From positions 199,704,001 to 199,768,000 of the forward strand of contig NC_086100.1 in assembly GCF_963921235.1 (NCBI RefSeq): a stretch of DNA of 64,000 bases. Direction: 5' to 3'. The DNA comes from Mobula hypostoma. Its lineage: Eukaryota. Within the stretch, counting starts at the first letter, position 1. Each line of letters begins with the position of its first letter. This document shows positions 12,317-24,407 of this stretch, in pieces. Both the position numbers and the translations under genes were made by a program. Under the pieces are notes generated by a model. The model had not been told where the DNA came from and searched no databases. It saw only the letters and a program-made list of their open reading frames with translations.

Positions 12317-13464
12317 AAGTTTAGCTTCATTTACATTTGCCCGAACAATCCATTGTTAATGTTCTAACTTTAGATCTTTGAACAGTTTCTTTACCTGATC
12401 ACGAGTTTTGTGTTTCTGATTGATGTGGGTGTTGACTATGAGAAAGCATTTTGCTGGTGACTGTGTGAGAGAGGTGAGGAATTCTCTTTCCTTCTCACCG
12501 AGAACGTCAATGAAAATAAAGAGAGCAGCAGATACTTTTGCCAGAAACCGAGCGTTTCTCTGGAAGATTTCAGCATCACCTCGGAGGTTAATGAATGCAA
12601 CAGCCTCTGGGGAAAATATCCATGTTACTCTTCCCAGAAGGGAGATACCAGCTGATCTCAGCCATTCCATCGGATATCCTGCGGGGCACATTCCCACATT
12701 CCATCTCGGAGTGCAGGAAGATGTTCTGCTGCAGCTGTGCCTGACTCAGGGTGAGATTGAGGATTCGGGATTTGGACACTGTGCACCTTCCCAGTCTGAG
12801 GAAGGACACCATTGGCATGGCTGCTGTCACGATGGGCACCTCCACAATGGGGCTGCTGTCTGTAGGAGAATGTGGGCACCATGTTTTAACAATGGGCCTC
12901 ATGGCCCAGAGGAGAAGGGTGGCACCAGACCCTTCTGTGGGTCCCCTCACCTTGTCCACGGGGTGACTGTGTGTGTCTGGCATCAGAAAGGGTAATGCAA
13001 ACTGGCACAGAGACATCTTCAGCATCAGTTCCTGCTGGAGAAAGTGGTCAGCACAGAGGAAAATGGCAGCAATGATATCCAGAGGATTGATTCCACGATC
13101 CCCTGGTGCTGTAACTTCAAAGAAATCACCAAAGTCTTCATGGTTATTGCTTTTACCTTTGGAGGACAGATCAGGTGGCCATTCAGGATTCCTCACCAGT
13201 GAATTGGCTGAGAGGATCCTTTGGAGAAATCACCAGGGAAGGTCTTCTTCACGAGTTGGATTGCTGTCCTCCAGTTTATCCTGGGACACCTCCTGCACAG
13301 TCTGAAGAGACAGTTTGTGAGGATAAAGGTTCTGTAATCCCAAATCCTTTACAATTCGTGGGAGTCTGAGATTTTCAGGCATCTTGTTCTTTTTCTTATT
13401 TTTCTTTGAAGGATTTATCGTTTTGACTCGATTACTGTCCAGGATATTTGCTGTGCCTGATGTC
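8591..13464 (-). pseudogene. Very large inducible GTPase (GVIN1/URGCP-like) single large coding exon, about 1600 codons when repaired, with three lesions
   Basis: N-terminal URGCP/GVIN motifs (NPLDIIAAIFLCADHFLQQELMLKMSLCQFALPFL; ISDGMAEISWYLP; AFINLRGD). In-frame TGA at 13230-13232, extra base in the G run at 12609-12612, in-frame TAA at 12356-12358. Acceptor-like TGTGTTTCAATAG|G with exon starting at 13464; candidate ATG at 13382. Confidence 0.8.
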
Positions 13465-14499
13465 CTATTGAAACACACAGTTCCTGTTCCAGGATCACAG
13501 GACTGAATGGTTCCGTGCCTCTGGCTGGTGATCCTCTGTCAGGTCTCGTTGTCCTGGCACCATGTGTACTGAGTACAGTCAGTAGGTGATAACCATGGCA
13601 ACCTGGAATTGGTCACAGAATTCTAGCCGGTCTTGGTGACACCACACCAGGAGGACTGGGTACAAACTTGTTGTCCTTTGTAAATGAACGATGCACTTTC
13701 TCTTGAGGGAGTGTAATGAAGATTCTGCAGATTTCTTTCCCTGGGTTGGCTTGAGAGAATCGTTGAAATACTCAGCATGTCAGGCAGCATCTGTGGAGAG
13801 AGAAACAGGGTTAGTGTATATCAGGTCTATGTGTTGGTGAGTCTGTCATATCAGGAGAAGTTGATTTGACCATCCCTCTGTTCACTGGGGGTTAGAAGGC
13901 TGAGTTGTGATCTCACTTAAATGAGTACAGAGTTTAACATTGCTAGATACAAGGAGGATGTTCCCACTGGCTAATGAATCTAGGACCAGGGCACAGGCCG
14001 ACTGTAAGGGGTGGGCTGTTCGTGACCATGATGGGGTAAACGTCCAAGTCTCCACACAAATAGAACATCGAACCAGAACATTACAGCAAAGTGCAGGCCC
14101 TTCAGGACCCAATGTTGTACCAACCTTTTATCCTGTCTGAGATCAACCTAACCATCCCCGCCAGCCCAGCTGTATCAAAGAGGTATACTTGTTACTGAGG
14201 GACTGCTGACTCACCTTATTTCTCCTGGTGGTCACCCATCTACAGTCTGAACCTGCACGCTGGATGTGACCACCTCACCAACACTTTCATCCTAATGTTA
14301 TCTATCCTTTCATTTTTCAAATGTTCCTCTTTCTGAACATCAACGTGTTCCAGCATCTAAGCCTGATTTACACTGTCCTCACAAATACCAAGGTCCCTCT
14401 CACTGGTGAACACTGAAACATAGTGTTCATTGAGGACTTCACTAACTCCTCTGTCTCCAGGCACATGTTTCCTCTTCTATCCCTGACCGGTCTAATTGC

Positions 14500-14835
14500 T
14501 ACGTAGTTGTGCACAGACACAACAAATTGGTGACGAGCATGAACCTGAATGTTAGAAAATATCAGCAACTGCACCGACAGTTACGATGCGATTACGGGAT
14601 GAGACAGCAAGAGAAAAGAATTAAACAGTACGGGGCGGTCACAGTCCCTAACAAAGGCATAAGAAACAGGTCATTGTACACAGGGAAAGATCTGCTGAAC
14701 TTAAAGAAAATTAACATGGCAATGGCTTCAGTCGGGGAAGTTGATGAATTTGGTAGCGCCGAAGAAGGATGGGAGTTTCATATTGAGAGGATTAAACTGT
14801 ATTGTAACACTAACAACATGGAGAAACAAAAGAAA
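14500..14835 (+). mobile_element. Gypsy-like fragment: PBS-like TGGTGACGAG and gag start
   Basis: TGGTGACGAG at ~14528, followed by MASVGEVDEF...WEFHIERIKLYC. Confidence 0.5.
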
Positions 14836-14837
14836 TG

Positions 14838-15052
14838 TCAGGGGTAAGTTTTTTACGCAGAGAGTTGTGAGTGCGTGGAATGGGCTGCTGACAACGGTGG
14901 TGGAGGCGGATATGATAGGGTCTTTTAAGAGACTCTTGGATAGCTACATGGAGGTTAGAAAAATAGAGGGCTATGGGTAACCCAAGGTAAATTCTCAGAT
15001 AAGGACATGTTCAGCACAGCTTTGTAGGCTTTCGATGTTTCTATGATTCTAT
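14838..15052 (+). mobile_element. CR1 3' end fragment
   Basis: VRGKFFTQRVVSAWNGL...FKRLLD C-terminus and TTTCTATG-like tail. Confidence 0.7.
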
Positions 15053-15239
15053 TAGGCAAGGGTTAAATTGGGGGATGCTGCCTGGCATGGCTCAAGGTGC
15101 CAGAGGGACCTATTCTGTGCTGTATCTCAGTGAATTTACTGTGAATGCCCACAAAAAAACAAATCTCAGGGTTGTATGTGATTATGTATCTGTACTCTCA
15201 TAAAAAATTCACTTTGAACTTTAACTTTGGCTGAAAAAT

Positions 15240-17610
15240 GCAAATATCAGTCCACTCTTTAAAAAGGAGGGAGGCAGAAGAAAGAATATAAAAGGATATT
15301 AAAGGCCAGTTAGTCTGAATTCATTGGTTGGAAAGATGTTGGAGTCTATTTTTAAGGATAAGTTTTTGGAATATTTGGAAGCACATGAGTTCAAAGTCAG
15401 CAAGGTTTCTTCAAGGGAAAATCTTACCTGACAAATCTTGGGGAATTCTGAGGAAATAACAAGCAGGATAGACAAAGGGGAATCAGTTGATGTTGTGTAT
15501 TCGGATTTTCAGAAGGCCTTTGAGAAGGCGACACATATGAGGCTGCTTAACAAGCTATGAGCCCATGATGTCACGGGAAAGATACTAGGATAGAGGGGAA
15601 GCCTTTTAGGACCGAGATTAGGAAAAACTTCTTCACACAGAGAGTGGTGAATCTGTGGAATTCTCTGCCACAGCAAACTGTTGAGGCCAGTTCATTGGCT
15701 ATGTTTAAGAGGGAGTTAGATATGGCCCTTGTGGCTACAGGGGTCAGGGGGTATGGAGGGAAGGCTGGGTTCTGAGTTGGATGATCAGCCATGATCATAA
15801 TGAATGGCGGTGCAGGCTCAAAGGGTCGAATGGCCTACTCCTGCACCTATTTTCTATGTTTCTATGTTTCTATGAGGCTGCTTAACAAGCTATGAGCCCA
15901 TGATGTCACGGGAAAGATACTAGCATGGATAAAGCAGTGGCTGATTGGCTGGAGGCAAAGAGTGGGAATAAATAGAATTTTTTGAGGATGTAACTAGTAG
16001 AGTGGATAGGGGAGAACCAGTGGATGTGGTATATTTGGATTTTCAAAAGGCTTTTGACAAGGTCCCACACAGGAGATTAGTGTGCAAACTTAAAGCACAC
16101 GGTATTGGGGGTAAGGTATTGGTGTGGGTGGAGAATTGGTTAGCAGACAGGAAGCAAAGAGTGGGAATAAACGGGACCTTTTCAGAATGGCAGGCGGTGA
16201 CTAGTGGGGTACCGCAAGGCTCAGTGCTGGGACCCCAGTTGTTTACAATATATATTAATGACTTGGATGAGGGAATTAAATGCGGCATCTCTAAGTTTGC
16301 GGATGACACGAAGCTGGGTGGCAGTGTTAGCAGTGAGGAGGATGCTAAGAGGATGCAGGGTGACTTGGATAGGTTGGGTGAGTGGGCAAACTCATGGCAG
16401 ATGCAATTTAATGTGGATAAATGTGAAGTTATCCACTTTGGTGGCAAAAATAGGAAAACAGATTATTATCTGAATGGTGGCCGATTAGGAAAAGGGGAGG
16501 TGCAACGAGACCTGGGTGTCATTATACACCAGTCATTGAAAGTGGGCATGCAGGTACAGCAGGCGGTGAAAAAGGCGAATGGTATGCTGGCATTTATAGC
16601 GAGAGGATTCGAGTACAGGAGCAGGGAGGTACTACTGCAGTTGTACAAGGCCTTGGTGAGACCACACCTGGAGTATTGTGTGCAGTTTTGGTCCCCTAAT
16701 CTGAGGAAAGACATCTTTGCCATAAAGGGAGTACAAAGAAGGTTCAGCAGATTGATTCCTGGGATGGCAGGTCTTTCATATGAAGAAAGACTGGATGAAC
16801 TGGGCTTGTACTCGTTGGAATTTAGAAGATTGAGGGGGGATCTGATTGAAACGTATAAGATCCTAAAGGGATTGGACAGGCTAGATGCGGGAAGATTGTT
16901 CCCGATGTTGGGGAGGTCCAGAACGAGGGGTCACAGTTTGAGGATAGAGGGGAAGCCTTTTAGGACCGAGATTAGGAAAAACTTCTTCACACAGAGAGTG
17001 GTGAATCTGTGGAATTCTCTGCCACAGGAAACTGTTGAGGCCAGTTCATTGGCTATGTTTAAGAGGGAGTTAGATATGGCCCTTGTGGCTACAGGGGTCA
17101 GGGGGTATGGAGGGAAGGCTGGGTTCTGAGTTGGATGATCAGCCATGATCATAATGAATGGCGGTGCAGGCTCGAAGGGCCGAATGGCCTACTCCTGCAC
17201 CTATTTTCTATGTTTCTATGTTTCTATGAGGCTGCTTAACAAGTTATGAGCCCATGATGTCACGGGAAAGATACTAGCATGGATAAAGCAGTGGCTGATT
17301 GGCTGGAGGCAAAGAGTGGGAATAAATGGAGCCTTTTCTGGTTGGATGCGAGTAACGTGTAGTGTCCCGTGGTTACGGGTATTGGGACGACTTCTTTCCA
17401 CGTTATATGTCAACGGTGTATGATGGAATTGATGGTTTTATGGCCAAGTTTGCAGATGATACGAAGATAGGTGGAGGTGCAAATAGTGTCGTGGATGTAG
17501 GGAGTCTGCAGAAGGACTTAGATACATTGGAGAATGGGCAAGAAGTAATAGTTGGAATATAATTTGGGGAAGTGTATGGTCATGCACTTTGGTAGAAAGA
17601 GTAAAGGCAT
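15240..17610 (+). mobile_element. Old CR1 RT fragment hosting two young CR1 copies (15589-15870 and 15974-17224)
   Basis: ORF 16002-17129 is an uninterrupted CR1 RT C-terminus (YLDFQKAFDKVPH, GVPQGSVLGP, FADD). Both young copies end in (TTTCTATG)n. Confidence 0.9.
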
Positions 17611-17619
17611 GGCACAAAC

Positions 17620-19070
17620 ATGAGTACATCTGCACAGGCTGGAAATCTAAGGTGACACATGCAAAATGCTGGAGGAACTCAGCAACCCAGGCAGCATCTA
17701 TGGAAAGGAATAAGCAGTCGACATTTCAGGATGAGAACCTTCATGAGGACTGACGAAAAGGTTGAGGTTTGAGTAAGAAGGTGGGGGAAGAGGAGGGAGA
17801 TGGTAGGTGATAGGTGAAATGGAGAGGGGGAGGAAGTTGTTTGGTAAAGTGATAAAGGGCTGGAGGAGGAGGAATCTGATAGGAGATTGAAGAGAGGGAA
17901 GGAGGAAGAGCACCAGAAGGAGGTGATGGGCAGGTAAGGAAAATTGTGTGAGAAGGAAACAGGACTGGGGAATGGTGAATAGGTGGGTAAAACTTCGATA
18001 ACTCGATCTTCATGCCATCTTGTTGGTGGCTAACCAGATGGAACATAAGATGTTGTTCCTCCAACCTAAGTGTGGCCTGATCACTGCAGTAGAGAAGGCC
18101 ATGGACTGACATATTGGAATGGGCATAGGAAGTAGAATTGAAATGGGTGGATACCAGGAGATTCCGCTTTTTCTGGTGGATGGATTGTTGGTGTTTGGCG
18201 AAGTGGTCTCCAAGTATCTATGTTGGGTCTCACTGGCATACAGGAAGCCACGCCAGGAGCACTGGATACGGTAGATACGGTAAAGACTCACAGATTATGG
18301 TGCCTCACCCAGAGGAACTGTTTGAGGCCCTGAATGGTAGTGAGGGAGAAGGCGTAGGGGTAGGTGTAGCACTTTTGTACTTGCAAGGATACAGTAAGAA
18401 CCAAGAGAGAGATCAGTGAGGAGGGATGAGTCAACAGGGGAGTTGCATCAGGAAAGTGGAAAGTGGAGCCGGGGGGAGGTGGTGGAGATGTGTTTGGTGG
18501 TGGGAATTATGGAGAATTATGTGCTGGACATGGAGGCTGGTGGAGTGGTAGGAGAGAACAAGAGGACCCCATCCCTGGTTGGGTGGTGGAAAGTTGGAGT
18601 GAGGGCATACGTGCATGAAATGGAAGAGATGTGGGTGAAGGCAGCATTAATGGTGGAGGAAGAAAACCCCTTGCTTTAAAAAAGCAGGACATCTCATTAG
18701 GGTTGGAAAGAAAAGCCTTATGCTAAGAGCAGATGCGGTGGAGATGGAGGAACTATGAGAAGGGATAGCATTTTCACAGTTGACAGGGTGGGAGGAGGTA
18801 TACTCCAGGTAGCTGTGAGAATCAGTGGATAGACTTTCTCCAGAGATAGAGACAAATCAAGAAAGGGGAGGGAGGTGTTGGAAATGGACCATGTAAATTT
18901 GAGGGCACAGTAGAAGTTGGAAACAAAGTTGGAGAAGTCGATGAGCCCAGCACGGGTGCAGGGAGCAGCATGAATGCAGTCATCCATGTAGCATAGGAAG
19001 AGTTGGGGAGCGGTCCTGGTGTCGGATTGGAAGATGGATTATTCCACATAGCTACAAAAAGGCAGGCATC
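17620..19070 (-). mobile_element. Older degraded Penelope-like element
   Basis: YMDDCI and LKFTWSIS RT remnants, ATLRLEEQHL C-terminus, decayed hammerhead near 17716-17752. Confidence 0.8.
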
Positions 19071-20502
19071 GAGAACATCTTCAAACGGCGATACCTTAAG
19101 AAGGCAGCATCCATCATTAAGAATCCTCAGCATCTGGGACAAGCCTTCCTCTCATTGCTACCATCAGGCAGGAGGTACAGGAACCTGATGACCTGCACTC
19201 AATGATTCAGGAACAGCTTCTTCTCCTCTGCCATCAGATTTCTGAACAGTCCATGAACCCATGGACACTACGTCACGATCTTGCTCTCTTTTGGCACAAC
19301 TGCTTTGTTTATTAATGTAACTTAACGTAATACTTTTATGTGATGAATGGTGTACCACGGGGATTGGTTCTGGGACATTGGTTGTTCTCTACTTACACAA
19401 ACAACTTGAGCATAAGACCAGAATTAGGCCATTCAGCCTATCAAGTCAACTCTGCCATTCCATCCTGACTGTTTCACTAATCCATTCAACCACGCTCTCC
19501 TGCCTTCTCCCCATAACTTTTCACACTCTTACTGGTTGCCATGGTGGCACAGAAGTTAGCGTGATGGTATTACAGCTTGGGGTTCAGAGTTTCATGATGG
19601 CATCATTGTCAGGACTCACTGTACACCCTCCTCATGGGATGAGTGGGTTTCTCCCACAGTTAGACATACTGGGTAGGGGAGTTGGGAATTGTAAATTGTT
19701 CCGTGAGGTGGATAGGGTTAAATCAGGGTTCTCGGGTATTACTAGAGTGACCCACCTCAACGAGCTGGAAGGGCCTATACCGGGCTGTATATCAAAATTA
19801 ATCTTTTGTACCTTGGCCTCAGAGGAAGGCTGTCTCATTCGGCTGTATCTATGTATGGTTTGAAAGACAATTACACTTGATTTGATTTGAAATAAATAAA
19901 ATAACCAAGAACCTGTGGATCTCCGGGCAAAATGCAGGGAAATCGGACTGGCTCAGATGGGAATCTTGTTCCGGATGGACAAGTTGGTCCGGAGGCTCCA
20001 TAACAATATGATGCTGTGCAGATTCGGGGAATTAAGAAGGCAGCAGAGGTGAGTGAGGAGGACCTGGGGGAGAGCAGTGGGACAGACCATTGCATATTTA
20101 GAGCCCACCTACCTTGTCAAGACCATTGGAAGAGCTGGAGGTGATATCACCATTCAGGAAGTGATGTGTGTCAGTGGAAACAGCTGATTGGTGAGTAGCA
20201 AGGGTGGGTTGTTCACTGAAATAAAGATAAAGGCAGGGATGTTACATTGTAACAGGCAGCGTTTATCGACGAAGAATCTTGCTGGTGTAATCAATACACT
20301 CAATGAATGTGAGATGTATGTTCTCTGTCCAGGAGGAAGACAGGGCCCAGTGCTTGGAAACCAAAGAGAATTCCAGTGTCCCAGGTGACTACCAGTGCAG
20401 GAAGTGTGTCCAACTTCAGCTCCTGACTGAATACGTTGGACCTCCTGATCTGTGGATGTACTAGCGTGGAGGACATGGTGGATAGTGTGTCTACGGGAGC
20501 CT

Positions 20503-20803
20503 CGGTTCAGTGCAGAGAGCAGTAAACTCCGCAGATCATCGAGCTGAGTTCAGTGCAGAGACAAGTAGACCCTGTGGATCATTGATCTGAGTTCAGTGCA
20601 GAGACGAGTAGACCCTGTGGATCATTGATCTGAGTTCAGTGCAGAGACGAGTAGACCCTGTGGATCATTGATCTGAGTTCAGTGCAGAGACGAGTAGACC
20701 CTGTGGATCATTGATCTGAGTTCAGTGCAGAGACAAGTAGACCCTGTGGATCATTGATCTGAGTTCAGTGCAGAGACGAGTAGACCCTGTGGATCATTGA
20801 GCT
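20503..20803. repeat. 43-bp minisatellite: 6 near-identical copies plus 1 diverged copy
   Basis: GAGTTCAGTGCAGAGACGAGTAGACCCTGTGGATCATTGATCT starting at 20546, 20589, 20632, 20675, 20718 and 20761. Confidence 0.95.
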
Positions 20804-21984
20804 GAACCAGCCCGTCTCTCGTCTCTGGCCTGGACACCCTGACCTTTTCGATTTGGTCCGTACATGGAACGTCAGGTGCAAATGGGAGAAGGTCCTGCTG
20901 CATGAAGTTAGGGAGTTAGGGAGCAGATTACTGATCAGGAATGGGAAGGTTTCACTCACTCCATTATGTTCAGTGCCACACACTCCTGAGTGTCAGAGAA
21001 CAGGAGGATAGGTCAGATGAACAGAGCTGAAGTGATGGTACAGGAGAGAGGGGTTTAGATTTCTGCGTCACTGAGAATGTTTCGGAGCAGTGGTTTCTGC
21101 CCAATCCAGGATGGAGCCAGTATCCCTACAGGGAGTTTTCTGGTGCTGTTGGGGTGGGTTTAAGCTTATCTGCCAGGGTGGTGGCACACAGAGACTATGA
21201 CCAGGAGGGGAGGGGATATACTGTCAAATATAGAAAGAAAACAAAGTCACTCTAGTGGGCAGATCAGAGCTGGTTTAATAAAGCTCGGGGCGGACTGCAG
21301 GGCTAAAATGCATCTGAGTAAATGCAAGGAGACTCACCAGTCAGGCAGATGAACTTAGCACATTGGTCAGCACTAGGAACATGATATTGCTGCCATCACA
21401 GAGATGGGACAAGAGCAGGACTTTGCTGGGGTACAGACACTTCAGGTGTGATGGGGAGGTATGTATAAGTAGAGTATTGATGAATGAGACCATCACTGCA
21501 GAAAGGAGGAAGGTTGTCCCCAAGGTTCTTCTAGTGAGGCAAAGGTTCCAAATTAGAAAAGGGTGATCACTTTGGTTGGAGTATATGACAGAGATCACAA
21601 CAGTCAGTGGGAGATGGAGGAGTCAATATGGAGACAGATCACAGAGATGAAAGAGTACTAAGGTTCAGGAACTTGGACCTTCAGCCTCAGTGTGAAAGGT
21701 CTACAGGGGAATGAACTGATAAACTGTGTCCAGAAGAACTTTTTGAGTCTGTCTGAAGATGGTTCTATAGGAGATGCAGCTACACTTGAGCTGCTGTTGG
21801 AGAATATCCCTCAGCATGGGGATGCTGTGTCCATGGGGGAGTGTTATGGGGTCAGACTCCATAACGATCACACGAACAGTCTGCTGGGTTTAAAAGGAGA
21901 AGGGAAAGGTGGACAGGAGGGAGAAGATAACTGATCCTAAGTCAGTAGAAGCTTCCTCCTGTATCTGTGATTCCAATCACACTG

Positions 21985-22330
21985 TCTCACCAATCACACT
22001 CTGTCAGAAATAACATGTGGAATGTGGGTGAACTGAATTCCAGAGACAACAGTGAATCAGTCTAAACCAAACTGTAAAACAGCAAAAGGCAGAGTGAGCG
22101 ATGAACCAGCTGTTTCTGTCAGTGACCTGGCCAGTGACTGACTGCTTCAGACTCTCAGTGTGACCTCTGTTACTGTACCCTGGTTTTATAGAGAGATTCA
22201 GAGCTTTCACTTTCAACCTCACTCAGAGCACATCGCTTGCTTTTCAGAGAAATCATGTGACTGTTTGTACAGAGTTAAACTGACCTTCAACACAAAATGC
22301 TCAATCTGACTGGCAACTACATGTCCGTAC
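21985..22330 (-). promoter_or_regulatory. Candidate interferon-responsive promoter and first exon of the GVIN-like gene
   Basis: On the minus strand, in order: GTCACATGA E-box (22253-22261), GAS TTCTCTGAA (22243-22251), ISRE/IRF GAAAGTGAAA (22205-22214), TATAAAA (22184-22190), donor TG|GTGAGA (exon end 21991). Same strand as, and upstream of, a gene from an interferon-inducible family. Confidence 0.65.
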
Positions 22331-22369
22331 TGAAACCAATTAACAGCACAAATGATCGAGATATCTCTG

Positions 22370-24407
22370 TCTCCCCACCATCCACCCACCTCACTCCCCA
22401 CCCACTTCGCGCTCCCCCGCCCACCTCGCCACAGCCACAACCCACCCACCTCTCTCCCCACTCCCCACTCATCCAACCATCTCTCTCCCAACCCTCACTT
22501 CTCCGCCACTCTCCACCCACCCACCCTCTTCTCTCTCCCCTCTCCCCACCTACTCTTCCCTTCACACTCCCCACCCACCCACATCTCTCATCCCATTATT
22601 CACCCACCCACCTCTCACAACTTACCACCCCGATCCCCAACCACCAACCTCTCTCCCCACACTCTACCTTCCTCTCTGACCCCACTCCCCACTTACCCAT
22701 CCGTCTCTCTCCAATTCCCACTGATCTCTCTCCCCACTCAACTATCAACCCACTCCTCACCTACACATCTCTCTCCCAACTCCCCACCTACCAACCTATC
22801 TCTCTCTCCAATCCCCACTGATCTCTCTCCCAACTACCCACCAAACTTTCTCAATCCCACTCCCCACCCACCCTCTCTAAACTCCCCCCACCCTCCAGGC
22901 TCTCAATTTCACATTCACCCACCTCTATCTCCCCACTCTCCTCTCTCCCCACTCCCCACCCACTCTCCTCTCTCCCCACCCACCCTCCTCTCTCCCCTCA
23001 CTCCCCACCCACTCTCCTCTCTCCCCACTTACTCTCCTCTCTCCCCCCACTCCCCACCCACTCTCCTCTCTCCCCACTCCCCACCCACTCTCCTCTCTCC
23101 TCTCTCCCCACCCACTCTCCTCTCTCACCCCACTCCCCACCCACTCTCCTCTCTCCCCCCACTCCCCACCCTCTCCCCTTTTCCCCCCACTTCACACCCA
23201 CTCTTCTCTCTCTCAACTCTCCACCCACTCTCCTCTCTCTCCCCACCCACTGTCCTCTCTCCCCACTCCCCACCACCCTCCTTTCTTCACATTCCCCACC
23301 CACCCACATCTCTCATCCCATTACTCACCCACCCACCCAACTCACCACCCCGATCCCCACCCACTAACCTCTCTCCAATTCCCACCCACTGATCTCTCTC
23401 CCCTCACTCCCCTCTCCCCCAACATCCCTCCCACTTCTCTCTACCCAATTCAGACTCTCAGTGTGACCTCTGCTGATACTGCTGTTACTGTACCCTGGTT
23501 TACAGAGAGATTCAGAGCTTTTGCCATCAAACTTTCCTTTTCAAAGAAATCATGTGACTGTTTGTACAGAGTCAAACAGGCACTCAGCCCAAAATATTTG
23601 TGCTGACCGGTAACTGCCTGTCCGTACTGATCCCAGTTCAGTCCAAATCCTATAGACTTTTAAATCACTCCTAACCCTCCACCCACCCACCTCTCCCCAC
23701 TCCTCACCCACTTCTCTTTTCCCAATTCCTAACCATCTATTCATCTCTCCCCACTCACCCAGCTTTCACCCCACTCCATACCCACCCAGATCTCTCTCCC
23801 CACTCCCACCCAACACAGCCGCCCCTCTTTCCCTGCTCCCTCCCAACCCAGCCGCACCTCTCTCCCCGCTCCCCTCAACCCAGCCGCCCCTCTCTCCCCC
23901 TCCCCCGAGTCCAGCCGCCCCTCTCTCCCCGCTCCCCCCAGCCCAGCTGCCCTTCTCTCCTCACTCCCCCCCAATCCAGGTGCCCCTCTCTCCCCCGTCT
24001 GCCCCCAGCCCAGCCGCCCCTCTCTCCCCACTCCCCCCAGCACAGCCGCCCCTCTCTCCTCGCTCCCCCTACAGCCCAGCTGCCCCTCTCTACCCGCTCC
24101 CCGCAACCCAGATGCCCCTCTCTCCCCCTCCCACCAACTGAGCCGCCCCTCTCTCCCCCTCCCCGAACCCAGCCACCCCTCTCTCCCCGCTCCCCCAGTC
24201 CAGCCGCCCCTCTCTCCCCACTCCCCCCACAGCCCAGCCGCCCTTCTCCCCCCGCTCCCCCCAATCCAGCCGCCCTCTCTCCCCCCTCCCCCCACAGCCC
24301 AGCTGCCCCTCTCCCCCAAACCCAGCCGCCCTTCTCTCCCAGCTCCCCCCCAGCCCAGCTGCCCCTCTCTCCCTGCTCCCTCCCACACATCCTTCCCCAC
24401 TCCCCAC
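22370..24407. repeat. C-rich (minus-strand G-rich) low-complexity spacer, including a ~30-bp GC-rich minisatellite at ~23810-24380
   Basis: CTCTCCCCACTCCCCACCCA-type units; many CCCAGCCGCCCCTCTCTCCCC repeats. Confidence 0.85.
23449..23640 (-). promoter_or_regulatory. Partial second copy of the promoter cassette (E-box and GAS kept; ISRE deleted; TATA changed to TGTAAA)
   Basis: Aligns by eye to 22146-22335; TTCAAAGAA at 23540-23548. Confidence 0.6.

Noticed and set aside
9085..13369. Plus-strand ORFs overlapping the GTPase gene
   Set aside because: Antisense shadows of a real coding sequence, with no recognisable motifs.
20503..20803. Regular repeat resembling a CRISPR array
   Set aside because: No unique spacers, no cas genes and a eukaryotic context; it is a plain tandem repeat.
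22065..22100. Acceptor-like CTCTGCCTTTTGCTGTTTTACAG inside the cassette, suggesting repeated internal coding exons
   Set aside because: No conserved open frame follows it across copies. It remains an unproven alternative to the promoter model, so I did not call it.
22117..22143. Imperfect hairpin GTCAGTCAC..GTCACTGAC in each cassette as a miRNA or snoRNA
   Set aside because: The stem is too short and mismatched, and I could not identify box motifs. A covariance-model search would be needed.
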